From positions 7,875 through 71,874 of the forward strand of contig JBKBIC010000001.1 in the NCBI GenBank assembly GCA_046299435.1: a stretch of DNA of 64,000 nt, in the 5' to 3' direction. This document shows positions 9,149 to 17,943 of this stretch, one piece after another (positions within the stretch are counted from its first letter, which is position 1; each line of letters opens with the position of its first letter). The position numbers and the translations under genes are program-made. The stretch is from Saprospiraceae bacterium. Lineage in GTDB: Bacteria > Bacteroidota > Bacteroidia > Chitinophagales > Saprospiraceae. The notes below the pieces were generated by a model, which was not told the DNA's origin, made no database searches, and was given only the letters and a program-made list of their open reading frames with translations.

Positions 9149-9458
9149 GCGCAACCGAACAAGGGCGTTCGTTTTCGGACAAAACCTTTCCCTGAAAACA
9201 TCCCTAAATCATTGATAAACACCGTCTTGGCAAAACGGCACATGGCTTGGCCTGCCTTCATCGGCGATTCCATTTTACAAACCAAGCCGTTCCAAGCTAT
9301 GATTCGAAGCTATCCCAACTCACCCCCGCAACCATAATATTCAATGACGGATGTTGGCTCGGGCAGCATTGGCCAATCCGGTGAAAAGTTTGCGAAGCGA
9401 GTAAAATGCCAGCCCCGACAAACCGCTCCTCCAACTTTTTGAAAAACAAATCCCGCTT

Positions 9459-11864
9459 ATGGCTACCACTTTTTTCCGCACCGTAACGCGCCGCTTGACG
9501 CGCAACAAGTTGTTCTCGCTCATCAACATATCGGGCCTCGCGGTGGGGCTGACGTGCTTCATCCTCATCGCCACTTATGTGGTTTCTGAACTGGGGTACG
9601 ACGGCTTCCACGAAAAAGGCGACCGCATTTTCAGGCTCACCTCGCAGGCTGGGGAAGATGGCCAAGTGAGCGATTTTGCCACCACGCCCACTGCCGCATA
9701 CCCGGAATTCAAGCGGGTGTTCCCGGAAGTGGAGTCGGGCGTGCGGATTTACAGCACGGCTGATTTTTCGCCCACCGTGCTGCGGCATAACGAGGAAGTG
9801 CGCGAGGAAAAGGGATTCCTGTGGGCCGATTCGACGTTTTTTGAGCTATTTTCCTTTGAGGTGAAACAGGGCGACCGCCACACGATGCTCGACCGGACGA
9901 ACTCGGTGGTGCTGACCGAGCAAGCAGCCCGCCGGTATTTCGGGAACGAAGACCCGCTGGGCAAAACGCTGCGGGCTGGGGCTTCCACCGATTTGACGGT
10001 GACTGGCGTGGTGGCCGATGTGCCGGAAAACTCGCAAATCAAGTTTGATTTCGTGGCCTCGTTTCACACGTTGGAGGGATGGCGGGAGCACATCTGGGGC
10101 TCGGCCAATTTTTACACCTACTTGCTGCTCCACGACCCCGCAGCGGCGGCTCCGCTGGAAGCCAAAATCAAAGCGCACACCGCCGAACTGATGAAGGGCG
10201 AATTCGCAGCCGGTAGTTACCTGACGTATGTGCTCCAACCCATGCGCGAAGTTCACTTGAGTGCCCGCGCAGAAGGTGGTTTGGAGCCGGGCAGCGATAT
10301 GCGATACGTCTATATTTTTTCGGCCATCGCGCTGCTGATATTGCTGGCGGCGTGCATCAATTACATCAACCTGACCACCGCCCAAGCCGTCGAGCGGGCA
10401 GCTGAGACGGGCATCCGCAAAGTGGTGGGCGCGTTCAACGGGCAACTGGTGCGGCAGTTCATCGGCGAATCGGCGTTCGTCACGGCGATTGCGCTGGTGC
10501 TGGCGGTGACGGCTTCCTACTTGTTGCTACCTGCTTTCAACGACCTGAGCGGGCGGGAATTGAGCCTCGTTTTTTCCCAAAGCCCGAATGCCCTGTTGGG
10601 TCTCGTCGGGCTTGGCTTGGTGGTGAGCTTGGTGGCGGGCGGCTACCCGGCCTTTGTGCTCGCCAATTTTCAGCCGGCGAAGGTGCTGAAAGGCGATTTC
10701 AAAAGCACGGGAAGCGGCGGCAGCCTGCGCAAAACACTGGTTGTGTTCCAGTTCGCGGTGTCTTTCCTTTTGCTCATCGGCACGTTCGTCATCAATCGGC
10801 AGATGGCTTTCATCCAAAACCGCAAACTCGGCTACGACAAAGAGCAAGTCGTGGTGCTGCCGATGGACCGCGTGGTGCGGGGAAATTTGTCGAGCGTGAA
10901 AAACGAGCTGAAAGCCGATGTCCGCATCCAACAAGTGGCGGCGGCCTCCGAAACACCCACCTTCGTGCAGGGCGGTTACAGCATCTGGGCCGAAGGCAGG
11001 CCGGAGGATTTTCGCATGACGGTCAACGCCGTCGGCACCGACGAGGATTTTGTAAAAACACTGGGCATCCGGCTGCTGGCAGGCGAGGATTTCGCCGGAA
11101 CCGACGTGGCTCAATTGGCGACAGATAGCGTCGAACTCCGACGTTATCGCTTCATAATCAATGAGTCAGCCGCCAGGGAACTGGGCTGGACAGCCGAAAC
11201 GGCCATCGGCAAGCGCATCCGCATCAATGGCCGCGACGGCACGGTGAAAGCGGTCGCAGAGGATTTCCACATCGCCCCGCTGCACCAAAATATCGCCCCC
11301 TTGGCCCTGTTCATCACCGACCGCGAGGTGAACAAACTGATGATAAAATTCAGGGGAGGCGACATTCCGGCTACGCTCGCCAACATCGAAAAGGTCTGGA
11401 AAAAAGTGGCCCCGCACCGGCCGTTCAACTATGCTTTCCTCGACCAAGAGTTCGACGAGATGTACCGCACCGAGCAGCGATCGGGCAGCATCGCCAGCGT
11501 GTTTGCGTTGCTGGCGATTTTCATCGCCTGCACGGGGCTGTTCGGGCTGGCAACGTACACCATCCAGCAACGCCGCAAGGAAATCGGCATCCGCAAAGTG
11601 CTCGGCGCGTCGGTAACAAGCATCACAAGCCTGCTGGCCAAAGACTTCTTGAAATTAGTCGCCATAGCCTTTGTCATCGCCGCGCCAGTGGCCTATTTTT
11701 TCATGCAAAAGTGGCTCTCCGATTTTGCCTATCGCATTGACATCCAATGGTGGATGTTCGTCGTGGCGGGCGCAGCAGCTGTCGGCATCGCGTTTTTGAC
11801 GGTCAGTTTCCAGAGCATAAAAGCGGCACTCGCCAACCCCGTCAAATCACTGCGGAGCGAGTGA
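9459..11864 (+). CDS. FtsX/MacB-like ABC transporter permease (about 800 aa, two FtsX domains)
   Basis: N-terminus FRTVTRRLTRNKLFSLINISGLAVGL, two MacB-type periplasmic regions, two FtsX modules (EIGIRKVLGAS...). The C-terminus is nearly identical to the next gene. Confidence 0.85.
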   Translation: MATTFFRTVTRRLTRNKLFSLINISGLAVGLTCFILIATYVVSELGYDGFHEKGDRIFRLTSQAGEDGQVSDFATTPTAAYPEFKRVFPEVESGVRIYSTADFSPTVLRHNEEVREEKGFLWADSTFFELFSFEVKQGDRHTMLDRTNSVVLTEQAARRYFGNEDPLGKTLRAGASTDLTVTGVVADVPENSQIKFDFVASFHTLEGWREHIWGSANFYTYLLLHDPAAAAPLEAKIKAHTAELMKGEFAAGSYLTYVLQPMREVHLSARAEGGLEPGSDMRYVYIFSAIALLILLAACINYINLTTAQAVERAAETGIRKVVGAFNGQLVRQFIGESAFVTAIALVLAVTASYLLLPAFNDLSGRELSLVFSQSPNALLGLVGLGLVVSLVAGGYPAFVLANFQPAKVLKGDFKSTGSGGSLRKTLVVFQFAVSFLLLIGTFVINRQMAFIQNRKLGYDKEQVVVLPMDRVVRGNLSSVKNELKADVRIQQVAAASETPTFVQGGYSIWAEGRPEDFRMTVNAVGTDEDFVKTLGIRLLAGEDFAGTDVAQLATDSVELRRYRFIINESAARELGWTAETAIGKRIRINGRDGTVKAVAEDFHIAPLHQNIAPLALFITDREVNKLMIKFRGGDIPATLANIEKVWKKVAPHRPFNYAFLDQEFDEMYRTEQRSGSIASVFALLAIFIACTGLFGLATYTIQQRRKEIGIRKVLGASVTSITSLLAKDFLKLVAIAFVIAAPVAYFFMQKWLSDFAYRIDIQWWMFVVAGAAAVGIAFLTVSFQSIKAALANPVKSLRSE

Positions 11865-11899
11865 ACCCCTTGATTTTCAACCACTAAAACAGCAAGGCT

Positions 11900-14344
11900 A
11901 TGATTGGCTATAACTTGAAATTCATCTTCCGAACCCTGTGGCGAAACCGCCTGTTCACGGCCCTGAACATCATGGGCCTCTCCGTCGGGTTGGCAGCGGC
12001 GTGGGTCGTTTTCCAAATCGTTGACTTTGAGTTCAGTTACGATGGGCCACACCCGCACCGCGACCGGGCTTTTAGGGTGGTCAGTTCGTTCACTTATGAC
12101 GGAAAAGAGAGCGGCAACGGCGGCGTGCCCACGCCTTTGGTCAAAGCCGCAAGCGACGTGGCAGGCGTAGAATTGGCCGTGCCTGTGTTCGACCGATATT
12201 TCACGAACGTGACCGTGCCGAGTCTCGGTGGTGGCAACCCACGTATTTTCGAGGATGAAATCCGCCAAATCGTGGAGACCGACGGGCGGTATTTCCAACT
12301 CACAGCCTACGATTGGCTGGCCGGAAGCCCAGTGGCCGCATTGGACGCACCCAACCAAGTCGTGCTCACGCGAAGCCGGGCGGCGCGATATTTTCCGGGG
12401 CTTTCGCCCGATCAGGTACTCGGCCAGACACTGTTTTACAACGACACCCTCCGCACGGCGGTCACGGGCGTAGTGGCCGATTTGGGCTACCCCAGCGTGT
12501 TCGAGGCTAAGGAGATGCGCTCGCTCGCAAAGCCAATCGCAACGGACGACAAACGCCGCTGGGCCAGTGTGAACTCCAACAACCAGCTTTTCCTCCTGCT
12601 CCACTCGAAAGCCGACCGTGACCGCGTGGCCGAGCAAATCAACCGCCTCTCGGACGAAAATAGCCGCGAGCAACTGGCCAAGAACAACATGACACGCCGC
12701 CACCTCCTACAATCGCTCCACGAAGTCCATTTCGACCCGGAATACGGCAGCCACATCCGGGCTGCCAACCCGAAGGTGCTGTACGGTATGCTGGCCGTTG
12801 CGGGCTTTTTGCTGCTGCTGGCCATCATCAATTACGTCAATTTGTCCACCGCCCAACTGCCGCAGCGCACCCGCGAAATCGGGGTTCGGAAAACGCTCGG
12901 CAGTCAAAAACGCAGTGTGATTGGGCAGTTTTTGACCGAAACTGCGGTGGTCACGGTCGCATCGGCCTGCGTGGCAGGCCTGCTGGCTGCGTGGTTTTTG
13001 CGCGAATTTCAGGATATGATTCCAAGCGACGAGGCCATGCTGGATTTCGTGCGCGTGGGGCCGATACTCGGTTTCGCGCTAATTTTGGTGGGGGTTGTGA
13101 GTGCGCTTTCGGGGGTTTACCCGGGCTGGTTGATGGCGCGTTTTCAGCCGGTAAGCCTGCTACGCAGCCAAGTGGCGACAAGCAACAAAAGCGGTGTCCG
13201 GCTTCGCAAAGGCTTGATTGTGTTCCAGTTCGTCGTGTCGCAACTGTTGCTCGTGGCAGCTTTGGTCATGGGCCGACAGATGCAATTTTTGATGCGGCAA
13301 GACCTCGGATTCGACCGCGAGGCCATCGTGCTGATTGACATCCCGTGGAAAATCCTGCAAAAACCGGAGATGAAAGACCGCCATTTCACGCTGGCCGACG
13401 AACTCCGAAAATTGCCCGAAGTGGAGGCCATCTCGCTTGGCGAGCAGATTTTTTCAAGCTCGTATTCGAGCAATACGCACGAGGCTGTGAACGCGCGGGG
13501 TGAAAAAGTGGAGCACAATATGTTCCGGCGTTACGCCGACACGGCCACCATTGGGCTGTACAAAATGCAACTTTTGGCGGGCCGAAACCTGTTGCCGAGC
13601 GACACCGCCCGCGAGTACGTCATCAATGAAACGGCTGTGCAAACCTTCGGTTTTGGGTCGCCACAGGCGGCCGTCGGGCAGTTTTTGAAAGAAAATCAGG
13701 GCAACAGCTACCCCATCGTGGGCGTAGTCAAGGACTTCCAGATGCTCTCGTCTTACGAAAAAATCGAACCCGTCGCGCTCATGTGCAGCCGCGAAGGCCA
13801 GACGACTTTGAGCATCAAAATGGCTGGCTCCGACCCGAATCTCTGGCAGCAGGGCTTCCGAAAAATGGAGGCCGAATGGCAAAAACTCTACCCCACCGCG
13901 CCGTTCAAATATCAATTTTACGACGAGGTGCTGGCGGAGGTGTACGAGGAAGACCGCAAAATGTCGTCGCTCGCCAATGGCACGATGCTCATCGCGTTGC
14001 TCATCAGTTGCCTCGGCCTGTTCGGGTTGAGCACGTTCACCATCCTGCGGCGTACAAAGGAAATCGGCATCCGCAAAGTGCTGGGCGCGTCGGTGACGAG
14101 TGTCACAGGTTTGTTGGTGCGGGATTTCTTGGTTCTCGTCGTCGTATCCATCGTTATTGCCTCACCGATGGCCTACTTTTTTATGCAAAAATGGCTCTCC
14201 GATTTTGCGTATCGCATTGATATTCAATGGTGGATGTTCGTCTTGGCGGGCTTGGCCGCTGTCGGCATCGCATTCTTGACGGTTAGTTTCCAATCGGTCA
14301 AAGCAGCACTGGCCAACCCCGTGAACGCACTGAAAAACGAATGA
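11900..14344 (+). CDS. FtsX/MacB-like ABC transporter permease, tandem paralog
   Basis: Same architecture as 9459-11864 (RTLWRNRLFTALNIMGLSVGL; REIGVRKTLGS; KEIGIRKVLGAS). Confidence 0.85.
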   Translation: MIGYNLKFIFRTLWRNRLFTALNIMGLSVGLAAAWVVFQIVDFEFSYDGPHPHRDRAFRVVSSFTYDGKESGNGGVPTPLVKAASDVAGVELAVPVFDRYFTNVTVPSLGGGNPRIFEDEIRQIVETDGRYFQLTAYDWLAGSPVAALDAPNQVVLTRSRAARYFPGLSPDQVLGQTLFYNDTLRTAVTGVVADLGYPSVFEAKEMRSLAKPIATDDKRRWASVNSNNQLFLLLHSKADRDRVAEQINRLSDENSREQLAKNNMTRRHLLQSLHEVHFDPEYGSHIRAANPKVLYGMLAVAGFLLLLAIINYVNLSTAQLPQRTREIGVRKTLGSQKRSVIGQFLTETAVVTVASACVAGLLAAWFLREFQDMIPSDEAMLDFVRVGPILGFALILVGVVSALSGVYPGWLMARFQPVSLLRSQVATSNKSGVRLRKGLIVFQFVVSQLLLVAALVMGRQMQFLMRQDLGFDREAIVLIDIPWKILQKPEMKDRHFTLADELRKLPEVEAISLGEQIFSSSYSSNTHEAVNARGEKVEHNMFRRYADTATIGLYKMQLLAGRNLLPSDTAREYVINETAVQTFGFGSPQAAVGQFLKENQGNSYPIVGVVKDFQMLSSYEKIEPVALMCSREGQTTLSIKMAGSDPNLWQQGFRKMEAEWQKLYPTAPFKYQFYDEVLAEVYEEDRKMSSLANGTMLIALLISCLGLFGLSTFTILRRTKEIGIRKVLGASVTSVTGLLVRDFLVLVVVSIVIASPMAYFFMQKWLSDFAYRIDIQWWMFVLAGLAAVGIAFLTVSFQSVKAALANPVNALKNE

Positions 14345-14360
14345 TTCATAGGCAACAAAA

Positions 14361-14388
14361 GGGCGGCGAGGGCATGGCCCCGCCGCCC
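14361..14388 (-). terminator. GC-rich hairpin after the minus-strand serine hydrolase gene
   Basis: GGGCGGCGAGGGC / GCCCCGCCGCCC with a 3-nt loop. A T-run follows on the minus strand (complement of GGCAACAAAA). Confidence 0.5.
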
Positions 14389-14396
14389 CAAAAGCC

Positions 14397-15806
14397 TCAA
14401 TGTTTGACGATTTTTGCCGTGTTGGCAGCCTTCCCGTCCAAAACCAGCGTCGCCGAGTACAGCCCGGCAGGCAGTTTTTGGAGGCTCGGAAGTTGCAAAA
14501 CCTGCTCGCCCGCTGCCGGGCTCGAAATGTCCGTTGCGGCCACTCTTTGGCCCAAAGCATTGGTCAGCACAACCTGTGCATCGGCCACGTCCGTTGGAAG
14601 ATTGACCGAAATTTGCACCGCGTCGGAAAACGGATTCGGGAAAATGCGCATCGGTTCGGCAGTAGCCAAATCCGACGCGGAGACCATCGTCGTGCAGGCG
14701 ATGTACGTTTTCAAAAGTGCCAGCACGACCGGGGCAAGCGTCCACGAATTGCGCCGCCCGTCGTTGTTCAGCACCGCCACGCTCACATCCTGCGCCGGGA
14801 AATACCACACGCTGGCCGAGTAGCCCGCGTCGCCGCCGTGCCCGAAACCCTTGTAAGTCTGGAAATTGCGCTCCATGATGCCCAAGCCGTAGCGCGTGCC
14901 GCCGTTGAACGGCGTGGAAACGGTCGTTTTCAGCTGCGCCATCATGTCCGGCGAAAGCAGCGTGCCGCTCATGTACGTCCGCATCCAGCGCGCCATGTCC
15001 GAAGGTGTGGAATAATAAATGCCCGCTGCGCCGCCTGCCGTGGCGAACGAGTGCCAATTCGAGAAAAAATCGTGTGCGTCCTCGGCTTGCCCGTCGCCGT
15101 TCAGGTCAAGCCAAAGGTGCGCGATGGTCGGCGGCTGCGGCTCCAACGGCGGCGCGGAAATGGTGCCAAGCCCAAGCGGCGTAAAAAACCGGTCGCGTGC
15201 TTCTTGGTAATAAGGCTTGCCCGACGCGGCTTCGATGATGAGTCCGAGCAACAGGTAGTTCGTGTTGGAGTAGCTGAAATTCGCGCCCGGCTGAAAAAGC
15301 GGCGGACGGATGAACGTCTTGATGATGTCTTCCTGCCGCCAAATAGAGTCCGGGTTTTGGAGCCAAGCAGGCTGCGCGTTGGGATTCGTAATCACATCGT
15401 AAATGCCCGATTGGTGCCGCAGCAGTTGCCGGATAGTGATGTTCGGATTGATGTATTGGAACGTATCGAGCCACTCATGCAGGCCGTCATCCAGCGAAAG
15501 CACGCCCTCATCGGCCAGTTGCAGGATGCTGGCGGCGGTGATGGTCTTGGTCACGCTGCCGATGTTGAAAGCGTGGTCGTCGCCGATTTTTTCGAGCGGA
15601 TTGGCCGACGAAATACCTGCGCCGTTTGCCCAAACCGCGCCGTTGGGCAGCTGCACCGCCGCGCCGAAACCTTTGGCATTGACCACTATGAGCATACTGT
15701 CGAGCGTCCGGTTGAGCATGCTGTCGAGCTTGGCCGGGACGGTTTGCGACCTGCCGCAAAGGCAAAGCAGGAGCAACAGAAACAAAACAGAAGTTGACTT
15801 TTTCAT
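14397..15806 (-). CDS. Beta-lactamase-fold serine hydrolase with T9SS C-terminal sorting domain
   Basis: Signal peptide, SxxK motif (GSVTKTITAASIL), and C-terminal MRIFPNPFSDAVQISV...LPAGLYSATLVLDGK...KIVKH. Confidence 0.85.
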   Translation of the reverse strand: MKKSTSVLFLLLLLCLCGRSQTVPAKLDSMLNRTLDSMLIVVNAKGFGAAVQLPNGAVWANGAGISSANPLEKIGDDHAFNIGSVTKTITAASILQLADEGVLSLDDGLHEWLDTFQYINPNITIRQLLRHQSGIYDVITNPNAQPAWLQNPDSIWRQEDIIKTFIRPPLFQPGANFSYSNTNYLLLGLIIEAASGKPYYQEARDRFFTPLGLGTISAPPLEPQPPTIAHLWLDLNGDGQAEDAHDFFSNWHSFATAGGAAGIYYSTPSDMARWMRTYMSGTLLSPDMMAQLKTTVSTPFNGGTRYGLGIMERNFQTYKGFGHGGDAGYSASVWYFPAQDVSVAVLNNDGRRNSWTLAPVVLALLKTYIACTTMVSASDLATAEPMRIFPNPFSDAVQISVNLPTDVADAQVVLTNALGQRVAATDISSPAAGEQVLQLPSLQKLPAGLYSATLVLDGKAANTAKIVKH

Positions 15807-15812
15807 GTGTAT

Positions 15813-17246
15813 TTATCGGATAAAAATTGGTTTGCGAGCATCGCCAACGGACAAAAAATAGATGCCACTTGGCAATCTGCCTTTCGGCAAATCGCAGCGG
15901 AAAACACCTTCGCCCGCTGGCTTTGGGGTCATCGAAAACAGCGTTTGCCCGGTGCTGTTTTGCAGCCGAACGGTGTCCAAATGCGCCCGGTTGGTTTTGA
16001 TAAAAAATTGATTGTCAATGGGATTTGGGAAAATCCGCACCTCGTTGGCGAGGTCGTCCGCCTCCGGTGCTGCAACCACCGGTGAGCGCAGCAACAGCAA
16101 ATCTTTCTGCGGATTTTGCGGGGTGTTGCGGTGGCAGACGTAAAGGTCGCGCAGGCCGTCGCCGTTGAAATCGGCGGCAATCACGCCGAGCGCGTCGCGG
16201 TAAAAATTCTTGCCCAGCACGGCCAGCGTTGCATCTGAAAAATGCCCGGAGCCGTCGTTTCCGTAAATTTTTAGCGGCCCGCCAAACACATTTGCTACCA
16301 CGAGGTCAAGGTCGCCGTCGAGGTCAATGTCCTCGAAAATCGCGTCAATCGTGTGGGCGGCATCGGTAGGCAATTGGGTCGCGGTTTTGTCCGTGAAATG
16401 GCCCGCACCGTCGTTGATGAACAGGCGGTTTTGTGGGTTTTTGCCGGGCAAAAAGGCCACATTCGAGAGAAAAATATCCAAGTCTCCGTCGCCCTCCACG
16501 TCCCCGAAAGCCACTTTCCGGGTCTCGATGTTCAGCCCAGCGGGCAGCCGAGCGGCGGTCTCGTCGGTGAAATTCCCGGTGCCGTCGTTGATTAAAAGCA
16601 GGTTTCCGTTCTCATTTCCTGCGAACAAATCGGCATCGCCGTCGCCGTCCACATCGGCCAAAGCGAGGTCTTGCGTGGTGCGCTGGATTTGCGGAACTCG
16701 TTGATTTTCAGCGGAAAAGCCTCCCGCTCCGTTGTTGATGAGTACCCCAATCGTGCCTTTGTTCCCGAACAACAAATCCGGCAGCCCGTCCGAATTGAGG
16801 TCGGCAGCAATGACCGCATTGGCTTCCGAATCGGGTGGCTGGTAGGCCGCTGCCGCGAATTTGCCCGCGCCGTCGCCGAGGTAAAACTCGTGGACGTTCG
16901 ACCAGCCCTGCGCCACGTCGTCCTCGCTGCAAAACACGAGGTCGAGATGGCCGTCGCCGTTGAAATCGGCCACCGCCACGTCTTCGGAGTCATGGGTTTC
17001 CTGCGGCAAATTGCCGGGCGTGGCGTTTGTGAAAACCGCCTGTCCATTGTTTCGCAGCAAAAAATTGGGCTGAAACTCGCGCGCAAATACGAGGTCGAGG
17101 TCGCCGTCGCCCTCCAAATCAAAGGCCCGGACATCCATGTTCGCGCCCGAAGCAGCGGCCGGGAGGTTGGCAGTCGCGTCAGTGAAAAGTTGGGCGAACG
17201 CCGCTGCTGGAAATAGGTATAATACGTTGAAAATGAGTGCTTTCAT
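15813..17246 (-). CDS. FG-GAP/VCBS-repeat protein with T9SS C-terminal sorting domain
   Basis: Repeated DxDGDGDLDL / FNGDGxxDL calcium-binding FG-GAP units. C-terminal VRIFPNPIDNQFFIKT...LPSGIYFLSVGD. Its stop lies 6 nt from the start of the next minus-strand gene. Confidence 0.8.
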   Translation of the reverse strand: MKALIFNVLYLFPAAAFAQLFTDATANLPAAASGANMDVRAFDLEGDGDLDLVFAREFQPNFLLRNNGQAVFTNATPGNLPQETHDSEDVAVADFNGDGHLDLVFCSEDDVAQGWSNVHEFYLGDGAGKFAAAAYQPPDSEANAVIAADLNSDGLPDLLFGNKGTIGVLINNGAGGFSAENQRVPQIQRTTQDLALADVDGDGDADLFAGNENGNLLLINDGTGNFTDETAARLPAGLNIETRKVAFGDVEGDGDLDIFLSNVAFLPGKNPQNRLFINDGAGHFTDKTATQLPTDAAHTIDAIFEDIDLDGDLDLVVANVFGGPLKIYGNDGSGHFSDATLAVLGKNFYRDALGVIAADFNGDGLRDLYVCHRNTPQNPQKDLLLLRSPVVAAPEADDLANEVRIFPNPIDNQFFIKTNRAHLDTVRLQNSTGQTLFSMTPKPAGEGVFRCDLPKGRLPSGIYFLSVGDARKPIFIR

Positions 17247-17308
17247 CGTTGATTTTGATGTTGGTTTTGGAGGAAGGATTTTCTGTTCATCTTGCTTTCA
17301 GACTTTGG

Positions 17309-17316
17309 TAAATTTG
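17309..17316 (+). promoter_or_regulatory. Candidate -7 box (TAAATTTG) for the Uma2 gene
   Basis: Exact TAnnTTTG, 33 nt upstream of ATG 17350. Confidence 0.35.
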
Positions 17317-17349
17317 CACCACGCAGGGCGCAAAAAATTGAATTGAAAC

Positions 17350-17916
17350 ATGGAAGTCGCAACCAAAAACATCACCTACGCCGACCTCCGGGACTTGGAA
17401 ATCCCCGAAGGCGACACGGGCATTTATGAACTCATCAAAGGACAAATCGTGAGACGAGCATCACCCAACACACCGCACCAGCGGGTTTCGTTCAAACTCG
17501 CCATCGAATTTGGCATTTACAACCGCCAGAAAAACCTCGGCCAGTTCTTCGCCGCGCCATACGACGTGTACCTCGACGAGGAAAATGCGGGCATCCAACC
17601 CGACCTTTTGTTCGTCAGCCACGAGCGGGATTTTGTCATCCGAGAAAACAATGGCGTGGTCGGGGCGCCGGATTTGATTGTGGAAATCCTCTCGAAAGGC
17701 ACGATGAACAAAGACCGGGGCGACAAAATGGAGGTGTACGAACAGTTTGCCGTGCGCGAATACTGGATTGTTGACCCGCAAAACCAGAGCATCGAGGTCT
17801 ATCGCATGGAAAACAACCGCTATCGCTTGTTCTCATTTGCCGCCGAAGAAGGCACCATCAAGTCCTCCGTCCTGCCCGATTTTGAATTGGATGTGAAAAC
17901 AGTCTTTGAAAACTGA
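17350..17916 (+). CDS. Uma2-family (DUF820) restriction-endonuclease-fold protein
   Basis: YELIKGQIV...SPNTPHQRVSFKL...PDLLFVS...APDLIVEILSKGTMNKDRGDKMEVYEQFAVREYWIVDP is the PD-(D/E)xK pattern of Uma2. Confidence 0.8.
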   Translation: MEVATKNITYADLRDLEIPEGDTGIYELIKGQIVRRASPNTPHQRVSFKLAIEFGIYNRQKNLGQFFAAPYDVYLDEENAGIQPDLLFVSHERDFVIRENNGVVGAPDLIVEILSKGTMNKDRGDKMEVYEQFAVREYWIVDPQNQSIEVYRMENNRYRLFSFAAEEGTIKSSVLPDFELDVKTVFEN

Positions 17917-17943
17917 GCAATTTCTGATTTCCAATTTCCACAC

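Noticed and set aside
14400-15797. Very long antisense ORFs. Examples: 14400-15797 +, 5663-7153 -, 23791-25089 +, 25719-26900 +, 29608-30924 +, 30946-32397 +, 36486-37595 -, 59502-60869 -, 60876-62060 -, 62778-63869 -.
   Set aside because: In each case the opposite strand encodes a protein with unmistakable family motifs. The antisense translations are Arg/Ala/Gly/His-rich low-complexity sequence, typical of stop-poor frames in GC3-rich genes.
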